A program made the position numbers and the translations under genes. A stretch of DNA of 63,691 nt, counting the filler, from Hyphochytrium catenoides (taxonomy: Eukaryota; Protista; Hyphochytriomycota): the NCBI GenBank assembly GCA_900088475.1. It is 15 parts of 15 records of this genome, joined end to end, with 100 filler letters (N's around TTAATTAATTAA, not from the genome) between each part and the next. Parts side by side here need not be neighbours in the genome. Positions count along the whole stretch, not along the records: positions 43,451 to 52,440 come from FLMG01004126.1; positions 52,541 to 61,181 come from FLMG01002070.1; positions 61,282 to 62,544 come from FLMG01002631.1; 12 more parts are not named here. One strand, written 5' to 3'. How positions within the stretch are numbered: position 1 is the first letter of the stretch; every line of letters starts with the position of its first letter. The notes beneath the pieces are model-generated. The model had not been told where the DNA came from, did not search any database, and worked only from the letters and a program-made list of their open reading frames with translations. Below, piece after piece: positions 49,093-61,475 of this stretch.

Positions 49093-50099
49093 CCTGTGCC
49101 TCTCTGTCTCTCATCTTCATCCTGCTTCCCTCTCTGTGCAATTATCAGTCGATCGAATAGACAGCTTCTCGTCAGCCACTCAGGTGGAGATGTTAGAGTA
49201 TAGGCGATGGGGAAAGGGCTCTCTCCGCCACCGAGAGCTCAATGCCGATGGGATCTTTCAGTTCTCCTTCCAGTTAGCTTACTTCAGACTGCACCAGAAG
49301 CTGGGGTCGGCCTATGAGGCAGCCAGTATGCGGCACTTTAGCTATGGGAGAACGGATAACATTAGGCCACTGACGGAGGAGATGGCGAAGGAGGTGAGCA
49401 ACGCATGTTTACACAGAATGACAGCAGGAGAGAGAGAGGGAGAATGAGATATAGTAGACTAGACGGAGAGAGAGAGAGAGAAAAAGAAAGAGAGAGACGG
49501 AGAGAGAAAGAGAGAGAGAGAGGGACAGAGAGAGACAGAGAGACAGAGGCAGAGGAGAGAGAGAGTGGAGAAGAGAGAGGGAGAGAGGAAAAGAGAGAGA
49601 GAGGAGAAGAGAGAGAGAGAAGGAGAGGAAAAGAGAAAGAGAGGAAAAGAGAAAGAGAGGGAGAGAGAGTGTGAGCAAAGGACAGAAAGGAAGATGGGAG
49701 AAAGGAGGTGCCATTGTACCCTATAGTATAATCTTATATGCCTCTCCCCTCTTGCTCCATTCCATACGCTTGGTCTTTAGGTCAGGGTCTTTTCTGCTGC
49801 TATGGATGGGAGAGAAGCGGCCCTCTGCCGGGACGATCTCTGGGCAGGTCTGGCGCATGTCTCCAAAGCTCATGTCAAAAGAGTGAAAGAGACACTGCAA
49901 GGGAGAGGTTGCGACCGGCATCTTTTCTCTCTNNNNNNNNNNCGCCTATCGGACGGGAGAGGAAGACATGACGTTCTCTGTCTCTTGCTATGATGGACAG
50001 GGCACCAGTGCCAAGGAGTTTGGCCAAAAGCTTATTGAAGCGCTGGATTTTATTGGAGAGATAGTTCGTCCTCTCTCATCTGTTGGGCAACCGCAATGA
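46222..50099 (+). CDS. Carnitine O-acyltransferase (CPT2-like); exons 46222?-46788, 47242-47512, 47803-48311, 48521-48674, 49149-49393, 49781-gap-50099
   Basis: LPKLPLPTLSQTCQRYL, FWQEMYLKGRYPPPINSN, LCMVQ, RWFDKSLQLI, catalytic EHSWGDG, QLAYFRLH, GRTDNIRP and GRGCDRHL. The start codon is uncertain. Confidence 0.93.
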
Positions 50100-50318
50100 G
50101 GGAGAGAGAGGAACGAGAGAAGAAGGATTGAGAATAGAAGAAGAGACAGAGAGAAGAGATTGAAAATAGAAAAGGAGAAAGAGAAAGAGAGAGGTCTTGG
50201 TCTTCATGCAAGTGTATAATATATTTTTAGCTGCTTCTCCTTTTGGCACCTTCTCTCTTTTGAGTTTGAGACCGCCCCCAATAGCCCTCGTCTTTCTCCT
50301 GGCCCTCCTCACGCCTTT

Positions 50319-50361
<43 letters not shown>

Positions 50362-50610
50362 TCATCAATCTTTCCATTTCAAGACTACATCCAGGCCAAT
50401 CGGTTATTTATCTTAGAGGATAAGCAATCGCTTCTATTCTTGACTGCTTCGGTACATGAGATGGAAAAAGATAGAGGAAGAAGCAACACCAAGAGAAAGA
50501 TAGGGGAAGAGAGAGAGAAGAGAGAGAGAAGTCCCTATATATTGTGCCGCAATGCTCTAAAAAGAAAATAGTAGGTTTGTCTCTTCTCTCTTTCTTCCTC
50601 TCTTCACCGC

Positions 50611-51893
50611 TTAAAGACCACCAAAGCGTGCCTTGAAGACCTTTTCCATACGAATTGCAGGGCCCAGCGGGACCCCAACAGCTCGTAGAGCGGCGACTGG
50701 GAGATCCGGTAGACTCTGCAATAGAGAGAAAAAAAGAGAGAGAGAGAGGGAAAGATAGACGGTTAGACTTATGCCAATCTGTACAGAGACAAGGAGCATG
50801 TAGCTTCTCTCTCTCTTTCCCTTTTATTGAGTATACCGCAGTACAAGTCCTGCCCTTCAACAGCTCTGCTCACTCTCTCCCCATTCTTTCGGCCTCTCTC
50901 TCTTTCTCTCATTATGATCCTCCCCCTTCTCCTGAATAGGTAATCGTCTTCCTTGTCTCCCTCTCTCTCTTTCTCTGTCTTGCTTCCCCTTTCTTCCTCA
51001 CCTCCAGGGTAACTTTGCCTGCCATAAGATTAGGAACGTAGCTGTCGAGGTCATGAGGTCGTAGCATCTTCCCCAGCGCTTGCTCCAAAGACGAACTCTC
51101 TCCTTTCTTTTCTTCTTTCACTGACTTGGCAGGCTCTGCAAGGCTCAGCGTTTCCTTATAAGTGGTGGGGCCGTCACGAGAGGCGATGGCCTCGAAGGCC
51201 ATTATCTGATGGTAGCGATCCTGAGGGAAGTCGATGTCGTCTCCTCTGTGGAGGAGAGAGGAGAGAGAGGTTTATATTTATAGAGAGAGAGAGAGAAGAC
51301 GTAGGGTCGGAAAGGGGCAGAGGACGGAATGAAATAGCGACAAGGAGAGAGAGAGAGGTATCGGGCAGAGGACGGAAGAAGCGGCTAGAAGAAAGACGAA
51401 GAGTCAGACACAAACACAGAGAGAGAGAAGGAGAGAGAGAGAGAGAAAGAGAGGAAGAGAGAGAAAGGGAGAGAAATAAGGGGAGAGAGAGAGAGAGAGA
51501 GAGAGAGAGNNNNNNNNNNNNNNNNNNNNNNNNNNNNNNNNNNNNNNNNNNNNNNNNNNNNNNNNNAGGAAGTGAGAGAGATGACGTACCCAAAGGGATC
51601 GTCGAGTATCTTCTGGATCTCGATGAGTCCTTGATAGAAGAGATTGTACACGAACATCGTCACCAGCTGCGTGACCACAGTGCCCGCGTTATTATTCACC
51701 AGCGTCTTGCACGTGTTGTCGTTCTTGCAGTATAGATCCAACGCAGCGTCTCCCTCGATGGTGCGGATGAGAATCGTGCCTATGACCCCGCCGGCCGCGA
51801 AGGCTTGAAGGAAAAGGAGAATCTGTCCGATGGCCAATTTGACGCGGAATCAGAAAGACATAATGGAGCCAACGGAAGAGAGGGAGAGAAAAG

Positions 51894-51927
<34 letters not shown>

Positions 51928-52440
51928 AGAAAAACTTGTCCTTTAGATAGGTTTTGCTCGTATTACGGTTCAAAGGTCCGTACCTTGGCGAGCAGGCAGA
52001 TCTATCGTTCCACATGATGACCAGCACAGAGAGAGAGAGAGAAAAAGAGAGAGAGGCGTCAATAGAGAGAGAGCGCAATAAGTTAGTCTCCTGGCTAATT
52101 CTTCTTGAACGCGCATCTCCGCATCTTGATTCTTACCAAGTGGACGTATGGCAGGGGAAGCTGTTGATTGGGGCAACGAAGAGAAAGATGAGAGAGAGAG
52201 AGAAGCGGCGTGGCAGAAGGAGGGCGGGGGGAGAGGGGAAAGGGAAGGGAGAAGGGGTCAGCTTCCTAATCTGGATGCATTCGAAAGCAAAGAGCGGGAG
52301 AGAGAGTCTGAACAGGCCAAGCGGGTATGCCTAAGATACGGAAAAAAAGCTACACGACCAGAGAGAGAGAAAGAAAAGAGAGAAGAAGATAAGACACATC
52401 GTTCCTTTACCTGCGTGTGAGACTGGAAGCCGCCTCCGAT
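50611..52440 (-). CDS. Bestrophin-family channel with a C-terminal SAM-like domain (3' part); exons 52440-52411, 52160-52137, 52001-51984, 51822-51590, 51245-51002, 50715-50611
   Basis: Spliced sequence HTQLPLPYVHLICLLAKILLFLQAF...FYQGLIEIQKILDDPFGGDDIDFP matches the bestrophin P.PY and L.(N/D)PFG.DD.DF motifs. It is followed by LDSYVPNLMAGKVTLESLPDLPVAALRAVGVPLGPAIRM (SAM-like). Confidence 0.8.
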
Positions 52441-52702
52441 NNNNNNNNNNNNNNNNNNNNNNNNNNNNNNNNNNNNNNNNNNNNTTAATTAATTAANNNN
52501 NNNNNNNNNNNNNNNNNNNNNNNNNNNNNNNNNNNNNNNNATTGGTCGTGCTATTGAAAGAAAGAGAGAACTGCTTACTTTACGAGGGAGAGTAGAGTAC
52601 AAGCACCTGATGATAGTGCTCTCCTCCTCCATCCAAGGAGAGACACACAGGGCGTAAGCATTAGAAGAGAGGGGAAAGAGAAGAAGCAAGATCCATCCTT
52701 TC

Positions 52703-55050
52703 CTAAGATGAAGAAGGCGACGCTGACTTGGGCTTCTTGGCGTTGAGAAACTTGGTTCCTTTCTTGCCTTCAAATCCTGGGCGATTTGTAGCTTCTCCTC
52801 CACTGTTCTTCGTCTCTTTCTTCTTTTCCTTCTGCGCTTTCTTGTTGCCTCGCATTCTTTCGATTTTCTGTCGTTGTCTCTCCGCTTTCTCTGTCTGAAC
52901 CGTCTGTATCCGGGTTTTCCTGAGGAAGAGAGGCATTTAGCGCTTCGTGTGCTTGTTTTCTCCTTCCTTTGTCCTCTGTCTCCTCCTCGCCCTAACGTTT
53001 CTCTATAATGTCTCTCTATATATATATATCTGTGTCCCTCCTCCCTCTATTTCCTTCCACTCGGTTGTCTCTCTCGCACCCCTCTCGCTCTCCATCTTCT
53101 CCGCCGCCCCTCAACCCCCACTTCTTCCTTCACCACTTCTTCCCATTCCTTAAAACTCAGGTGCTTTCACCACATGATTAGTTTTCTTCTCTCTCTCTCT
53201 CTCTCTCTCTTTGCCTCTCTGTCTCTCTTTCTCTCTCCTCTTTGTTCTTCTCTTTCTCCTCCTCTTTCTTTCCTCTCTACACTCTCCCTCTCTTTCTCTC
53301 CCTCCCTTTCTCTCACTCTCCCTCCCTCGTCAAGCTTACCATTCTTTCGCGCTTTTTTGTTTCTGCTTCAGCTTCTTTTTTAACGTTTTCTTCAGAAGTT
53401 TCGGATCATCTTTAAGCTTCTCGCCTTGTGCTAGCTTGACTGCAGTGTCCCACTCCGCGGGATGGGCTACGACCTGCAAGAGGACATCATTCAGCATCTG
53501 TCTCTCTCACTTTCTCTTTTTCTCTCCTCTTTCTGTTTCTCTTTCCCCCCTCCCCAACTTCTCTCTCTCTCCTTCTCTCCCTTCTCCTACCTCCTTTTCT
53601 ATTTCTACATAACGCCTAAGCCGCACCATCAGTTGACAAGCAGAGATTTCTCTTCCCTCTGCCTTTCCCCTCTCGGTAGGAACCGTCTTTTGGCCTTCTC
53701 TCCTCCTGAATTCCTTACCTCGCCGCCTTCTTTCTTGAGCTGGTCTAACCGTTCCTTCTTCTCTTCAGCCTACAAAGGACAATAGGCGTTGGTGCAACAG
53801 CCAGGGCAGAGAGACTGGCTTGCGGCTGTCTCTCCTCTTTTAATTCTAATTCTCTTACCTTCTTGAGCAGCTTTTGAAGGCCTGCAATGCCCTTCTCTGA
53901 CTTTTTCTTAGGCTTCATAAGCTTGTTGTCTCCACCGACCAGCAGTGACCCGTACTCAATCTTCGCCTCCACAGGACTCTCAACCGCAGGAGCAGTGGGC
54001 GGGATTTTGTCTTCGGATTTGTCCTATGTATAGAGTGAGAGAGATGAGAAAGACTTAGCGCTAAGCAGCTTCTCATAAAATCAAGCGCACTGCTTGAGAG
54101 GAACAAGAGATGGAAAGACGACGGGAAGACCGGAGACGAAGGGAGAGAGCTCTAGAGATCTGCCAGATAGAACAAAGAAGTAACAAAGACATTTGTCAGA
54201 GGACTTAGAGGTTGCAGAGAAGGCTAGAAAACGTGCCAGGATAAGACGCTCCAGGAAGGAACAGACAGAGATAGAAGAGAGTCAAGGTGCCGCAGGTAAT
54301 CCATGGCGGCAGAGCAAGAGAGAGAGAGCTACGTAGGGGTGACGAAGGAAGAGATAGGCACCCTTCATATCAAGAAGCCGCTACCTTCTTCCCTTCGTCA
54401 TCGTTTGCAGGCTTAGTGACCTCCTTCTTAGAGCTAGAATCTGTCTTCTGTCTCTTCCTTCTTCTATCTCCCTTGTTTTCAGCCTCTAGCTTCCTCTTCT
54501 GCTTCATCTCTTCAATCCTAAGCCTTAACCTTTGTCTAAGGCCATCAATCGCTGAAAGATTGTTTTCTGAGCCTGCGCCAGTGCTCTCCAAGCTTCCGGA
54601 AGATGAAGAAAGTGCAAGGTTCTTTGGCTGTGGCGCGTCAGCAGGTCGGCTCTTATCTTCTTCTTCTCTTCTCTTTGCCTCTTCTTCTACTTTCTGATGA
54701 AGGATCTCTTCATTTGTCTTTTCTTCACTTGGATCATACTTCTTCCGCTTCAACTGCTTCTTATGCTCCTTCAACTCTTTCACCTTCTTCGTGTTCTGTG
54801 TAGCGTACAGAGGGTAAAGATAGGCATGAGATCAGGAGGTGGATAGCAGAGATAGAGGCCTGGGACCGGGGGGTTGTACCTTCATGTACTTGGAGTTCCA
54901 TGTCCTCTCGTCAACGTCCTCCTTAGGAAAGTAGTAATCTGCAGGGACGAGCTCAATCAGGGAGCAAAAGAACTGGTCATGGCTGGCAATGACCTCTGCG
55001 AGATCAGTCGCTCCAGAATCCAGCTTCTTGGAGCTCAACATGGTTATCAT
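52703..55050 (-). CDS. SURF6: Nucleolar ribosome-biogenesis protein SURF6/RRP14, multi-exon
   Basis: HDQFFCSLIELVPADYY (RRP14 N-terminal domain), K/E-rich coils, LRQRLRLRIEEMKQKRK, KRKEKQKQKSAKEW-type block and terminal RPGFEGKK. Confidence 0.85.
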
Positions 55051-55808
55051 GCTCCAAGAAGAGCTTATTCTTTGTCCGACGGAGTTGCTGCAGAAGCTCC
55101 GCTGTAGTCCTTGCCTCCTTCCTTCGTATGAATGATCAAAGCGGCCTGGGTCTATCAACTGCTTTAAGCAGCTCGGCACTCAAACAGACGATGAAGCGCT
55201 ATCTGACTCTTGACTCTACAGCCCTTCCCTCACTGATGAAAGCTCCACTTAAGCCCGAGTTCAATCTGCAGATTTCTCTTCCAGACGCTGCGGAGGCTAT
55301 TGTTTCTGTCTGTTACTCGGAGTTTCTGATGCCGCAGACTTCTCAAAGGTTTGGTTGGCCCGCCGCCTTGCCGGTATTATTACGAATCTTGGGCAAAGCA
55401 TTATACTCTATTCACGATCAGAGATGCTGTGAGGACAAATCAGCCTTAGACCTATAGCTGTGTGCTTTCTCAATCTGTACGGCATTTCATGATGGATCAG
55501 ACTGAGAAGGTTTGGGCTGTGATAACTATAACTAGTAGTTGTTGTGATTCTTTGGAATAGATCTTCTGGTCATCTTCATGCATCACACCTCTGCCTTCCG
55601 GCTTTCTGATGAAGACTTTTTATTGAGCTTCTGATCTCCGTCAAGCTGCAAGCCAATGAAGGTTGGAGCTCTCAAGGTTGGAGCTCTCTAAGTAATTAGC
55701 GTTATTGAAAGACGGAACTCCCTTGCTTGGAGCTCTCTCAAGAAAGGTGCAGATCATTGTGGGCGGTCTGTGATTCAAGTGAGATAAGAAACGTGAGAGT
55801 ACAGAAAG

Positions 55809-58800
55809 ATGATCATCCCGGCTGTGACTTACGAGAATGACAACTTCTCGGTGGCCGACACCGGTAAGGACCGGATTGTTATTGTTATTTCCGTCACTCT
55901 GCTAGAGTCTAAAGCTCATATTTGTGGACAGTGCTTGAGATTGAAGATGTAACAAAGCTGGGAGCTGTGGGACGCATTCATCTCACGGTCTCAGCTGACA
56001 ATCTCACAGCCTCTGAGGTGCTTAAGCACAGTCTGAGCTCCATCCAGTTCTCAGTAGGCCCTTTTACAGCCGAGCAAGTGAAGGAAGCAATTAGCTGGCT
56101 TGACTCTGGCGCTAGGAGGGTTGTCCTGAAAGGATCCCTAGACGAGGAGTCTCTGAATGCATTGGTTCACACAGGTAAGACTTCGAGCGTCGATGCTCTG
56201 TTCGCCTTACCTGAAAGTTCTCTCTTTCCCTTTACTCCTCCTCAAAGCTTCATTTTGTCTGTCCCCTACTATCTAAGTCTTATATACCTAACTGGTCCTT
56301 GGGGCTCTGTCTTTGCTGCGTCCCCTCTCTTGTTTATATGCATACATATCTATTTGGTTGGCTGCTATTTCTTTCCTTCTTGCCCCCGCTATTGCTCCTT
56401 ACTCTCGCTGCCACTGCTCTCTATCTCTTTTCCTTCTTCGTGATACACCTTGGACACCTTCCGCGGTAACAGCCTCACAGCTGCCAAGAGATAGAGTCGC
56501 AGTCAAACTGCATTATACAGCCGACCAAGGCCTTAACACTGTCTTTGAGACCTTCGGCGGTCTATCGGAAGCGTTCGGCTCCATTGTTCTTCATGTGGAT
56601 CCGGTTTCTATCGCGGATTCTGGAGAGATTTTAGAATCTCTACAGGCGGCAAAGAAGGCTTTGGGGGAGAGTTTCTCGCTCATTGTAGCGGGCACGGGGA
56701 ACATCTCTTCGGAAGGCGTTGGGAGACTACATCGTGCTGGAGTAGACGTCATTGTAAGGAGTGTATGCTACGATCACGTTGTGCCTTGGAACGACCGCAG
56801 CCGTGTCTCTTTCTCCTTTTCCTTTTCCGCACTCATCTCTCTCTCTCTTTCGGTGTCTCTCTCTCTCCCTCTTTACTTCTTTTTCTCTCTCTCTCTCTCC
56901 CGTCCCTTTGTGTCCCTCTTTCCATCCTTTCTTTGTTGTGGCTTCGCGTTCATCCTTTCTTTCGTTTGAGTTTGCATTTCTCTGGCAGTCTTTACATTCA
57001 AATAGCCTTCGCCACTAACGACCTTCGCCTTTATCCATATCCTTTCAGGCCCCTGCCCTCTTAGGAGTTGCTGAAGATAAGTCTGACCTCTCCGACATAG
57101 TGGATGCTGGGCGGGCCTTAGTAGCGTGTCTGAGGAGCGACAGGCCAGACAGACTCTTCACGACTGTTGTGACGGACGAGTCAGGGGTAAGTCAGAGTCA
57201 GAGTGGAGACGAGAACGAAGCAGGAGCAGAAATTTGCTGAGGGACCGGCTTTCGTGGGCCTCAAAAGAGAAGCAGATGAGAGAGTCGGGACATAATCGAC
57301 TAGCTAATGTGGGAAGAGAGAGAGAAAGAGCATGACGGCGGCATATCGACGCTAGGAAGAGAAGGGATACCAGGAGTGCATTTCAGGAGCAACAGAGAGA
57401 TGAAAGCACTTGTTAAATGCTCTGCGCTTTTATAAAGATTGCACTGGGACTCGTGTACTCGAGCTCTGAGAGCATTTGCGCGGCGCTGGAAAGTGGTCGC
57501 GGGGTCTATTACTCCCGTTCAAGGTAAGAATCGCTCTCTCTTTGCACTGCTTAGACTATACTTCTTTACGCATGCTCTTGTTGGTATGTGGGAGCTACTC
57601 TTTCATACTTCGCTAGCCAAAAGCACTCGCTTTGATGCATTTATCTCTGCTGGCCCATAGAGCACTGAGCTCTCCCTCTTTGCTGCCCGTTATAGGTTTT
57701 AGTTTTTGCAGTCGAGAGCATGGATCACCTGCGTTATTCTTACATTTTGTGCTTCTGACCATTGCGCCGCCGCATCTTTCACCTCTTTCTCCAAATGGCA
57801 CTAATATGAGTCACTGATGTAAGGGGAGGACTATGGCGGAAGGGGGAGACGAGCGGCAACTACCAGGAGCTTATCCGCATTGATTTGGACTGCGACTCGG
57901 ACGCAGTGCGCTTCTCGGTCTGTCACTCTTAGCCCTATAGCATCTAATCTCTATGACAGCCGCTTCTTGATTTATTTAAACCTGTTTGCTCGCACTCTTT
58001 CTATATTCCCACCTCGTCCTTCCCTTTCATTATAACAGCTCTTGATCTCACTTGACTATCTCTTGTGGTATGATAGGTCAAACAATTAGGGCCTGATGGA
58101 TCTTTCTGCCATCTGCTGACTCGCACTTGCTGGGGCGAAGTCGGCGGCCTACACGGGCTAGAACAGACCCTTCTGGAGAGGAAGCATAGCGCTCCAGCAG
58201 GATCATACACCAAGCGACTCTTCGAAGATCCGGTAAGCAAGATGATCCCGCTGTGACTCGGGGGAATCGAAGGGCTTACGCTCTATCTTCTAGTGCTTGG
58301 GTGTTTAGACGCGATCGTGCCGTTAAGCTTTCTCTGTCTCTCTCTTCCGCTAGGAGCTGCTCCGGAACAAGCTCCTAGAAGAGGCTCAAGAGCTGGCTGA
58401 GGCAGAGATCACGGATGACATCGCCGCAGAAGCTGCTGACCTCATATACTTTGCGCTTACACGTTGTGTGGCAGGAGGAGCTACATTAGGGGATATTGAG
58501 GTGAACGCTCCTTCTTATTCAGCTATTCCTTACTCTTCGCATCGTCTCTCTCCTTCCTCCCTTGGCCTGTTATCAGTCAAGGCTACTGTGCCACTTGATA
58601 CCGGTGTGTCTCTCTCTTTCTCTCTCTCCTTTGCTCTTTGGTTCCTCTTCAGACTCTGTCGCAACTGCTCTTTCGCTAATGTTCTTATGTACTCCGTATC
58701 TTTCTTCTATGTCCCATTCATGACCTGCCTCACTTCCAGTCTCACCTCAACCGGCGGGCGCTCAAGGTGTCTCGCCGCCCGGGAAATGCCAAAGCCTACA

Positions 58801-58859
58801 GAATTGAGGCGGCCAACAAGTTTTTAGAAGCGATGAAGGGGGCTAGCTCCTCAAAATAG
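55809..58859 (+). CDS. hisIE: Bifunctional phosphoribosyl-AMP cyclohydrolase / phosphoribosyl-ATP pyrophosphatase with a His4-like N-terminal extension and no HisD
   Basis: [87 protein letters not shown] and RRPGNAK, then a stop. Confidence 0.93.
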
Positions 58860-61282
58860 GATTCTTTTTCTTTTCTTTCTCTATCGCTCTTCCTCTCTAG
58901 CTCTAACGCTCTCTCTCTCTCGAGGCGCTAACTCTTCAAAGCAGGATGCCTATCTCTCTCTCGCTCTACCTTCAGTCTTCCTTTCTTTCCTCTGTCAGCG
59001 CTGCCTATTCCGCGACCTCAATGGTCGAGCGCTTTCTCTGTTACTTCCTCTGGTCCAGTCCACCTTTTTGCTGTTCGCCTGTTGCACCTTGGCTAGTACA
59101 GATAATGACCTATTTAAATGCTTTCTCCATATTTCATCTTCTGCCCGATCTTGCCTGTCCCTCGAAATAAGTTTCTGTCAGAGAGATGATGACTGAGATA
59201 ACTTAGCTCCTTGGAGCTGGTGACGGCGGAACACACTGCACGCCAAATGAAAACCTGTCTATGAAGGAGAAAGAGCAGGAGGGGAAGAACGGTGAGGATA
59301 GATTGGTCCTGGAACCGCTGTTGAAGAAGAGAGTTTTTCATGATTAGATATCTTCTTATAGAGATAAGAGCACCAAGGACGGCTCACTAAATGTTTTTTG
59401 GAGCCTCTCAGGCAAAGGGGTCGCCTCTGTGAGCCAGCTTCAGAGATGATTGAGTGACCAAGGCAGATAGCTCTCTAACCCAGCAAACGATAGCTCTTTC
59501 TGACCTCGTCCGGCGCGGAGGAGATTGGGCGACGCCATCTCGGGCGCTCAGCTCAGAGGTCTTTGTCTAATACATATAGTAGAGCGCGAGGGAGCATGGA
59601 CGACAGAACGGAGGTGAGTAGGGGAAGGATGTCAGTGAAAGAGACAAGTCAGCCGGGATGGCAGTAACGTCGGGACAACCTTCCTCTCCTACGTGGTTTC
59701 CTGTTTCCCCTCTTTCTCTCCCTCACTCATGATAGAGGTACAACTACAAAGGGAAGAAGCAGTGCTGATTTCGCAGATGCGGAACCTTGTGTCTTCCCTC
59801 CCTAGCAGCTCCAGGGTCCAGCGATGCTGCAGATGGGAAAGGGAGTAAACTCTCTGCAGCCTAGGAAAGAACCACTTCAGTTCGTCTTGCCTCTGTTTAT
59901 TTTCCTCTCTTCTCTCTCACATTCTATTGTGTCTCAATCCTCTCTTTTGAAGAAAGGTTGTTGTTAGGGCTGATGTCCGAAGAGAGGATGATGTCATGTC
60001 ATCATGCACGCTGGTCACCTCACCAAGAAATAAAAGGAGACAGAACAGAGAGATGGAAAGAGAGGGAAATACATGTTAGACGGCAAAGAGTGGTNNNNNN
60101 NNNNNNNNNNNNNNNNNNNNNNNNNNNNNNNNNNNNNNNNNNNNNNNNNNNNNNNNNNNNGAGAGAGAGAGAGACAATCCAAGAGAGAAAGTGAGACAGG
60201 CGGGGGGAGATGCGCTTGCTCTGTGTTTATCTATGGCCTTCCATCGCCTCATTATTATCCTCCTCTCACGACCACGTCACTCTCCCAATCAGACGATAAA
60301 GGAAAGTTACATCGACCTTGGCCAAAGTTACGTCTAGCAAAAACCATGTAAAACCTTAAGTTTCTGGATTACTTCAGGATTGATTTCATTTCAAGGGTGG
60401 AGCAATCGTACCGCATTGCTGGCTTGATTATTACCGGTCAGGGGCCTTACGCAGAACGTAAAGCAGACCCACGCTTACTTTTACAGCTAATATAAACAGC
60501 AAACCCACATTAAGGTCAAACCCACTATATTTGGAGGGAGGGTATCAAGCAGTTCTGATCGTTGTTGTTCCTTGTTCTTCCGTCCTCTTGGGCCCGCTTA
60601 TCTTTGGCCAACCAGGCTTCTCATTCTCTCTCTCTCTCTCTCCCTTTTGCTCTCTCTCTCTGTCTCTCTCTCTCTCTCCGATCTCTCTCTCTCTCTCTTT
60701 CTCGTTCTCTCTCTCCTTCTCGCTCTCGCTCTTCCTTTCTCTCTCTCTCTCTCCCTTTCTCTCCCTCTCTGTCTCTCTCTCTCTCTTCTCTCTCCCTGTT
60801 TCTCGTTGTTCCTCCGTCTACTCTTTCCCGCCCTCCTCTCTGTCTCCCCCCATGGAACTAGAGATGCAGGAACCATCTGAAGCTTGTAGGACGGAGACGA
60901 AGAACCGATGAGGTTGAGAAGGAAAGAGGCCAGACAAGAGAGACAAGTTCTTCTCACTTAGCAACCTTCCAGCCGCAGACAAAGACAGGAAGACCTTTCA
61001 ACAGACAGACAAGTTCCTCCGGACCCCACAGGCAATCACGACGTTCCTAACGCGTCCTCTTTTCTCCAGAATGGCAGCCGCAAGCGCAGAACAGACCAGA
61101 ACTGCCTGGGCAGCATTGAAAGCTAACACGGCCAAAGGACAGCCTTACGACTTCTCCCAGCACCTCTCTAACAACCCCAACNNNNNNNNNNNNNNNNNNN
61201 NNNNNNNNNNNNNNNNNNNNNNNNNTTAATTAATTAANNNNNNNNNNNNNNNNNNNNNNNNNNNNNNNNNNNNNNNNNNNNC

Positions 61283-61424
61283 TGATGATTCTAGGGATCA
61301 AATTCCAGCACAACATCAACACAGCGATAAGCTACATCAGAGTCAAAAGGAACTCGGTATGGCAGATCGACCTATCTTTTTTCTCTTTCCTTCTCTCTCT
61401 CTCTCTTCTCTGCCTCTGTCTGTC

Positions 61425-61475
<51 letters not shown>

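Noticed and set aside
59597-61181. Small gene or gag-like ORF start
   Set aside because: Only short ORFs without recognisable motifs, truncated by gaps.
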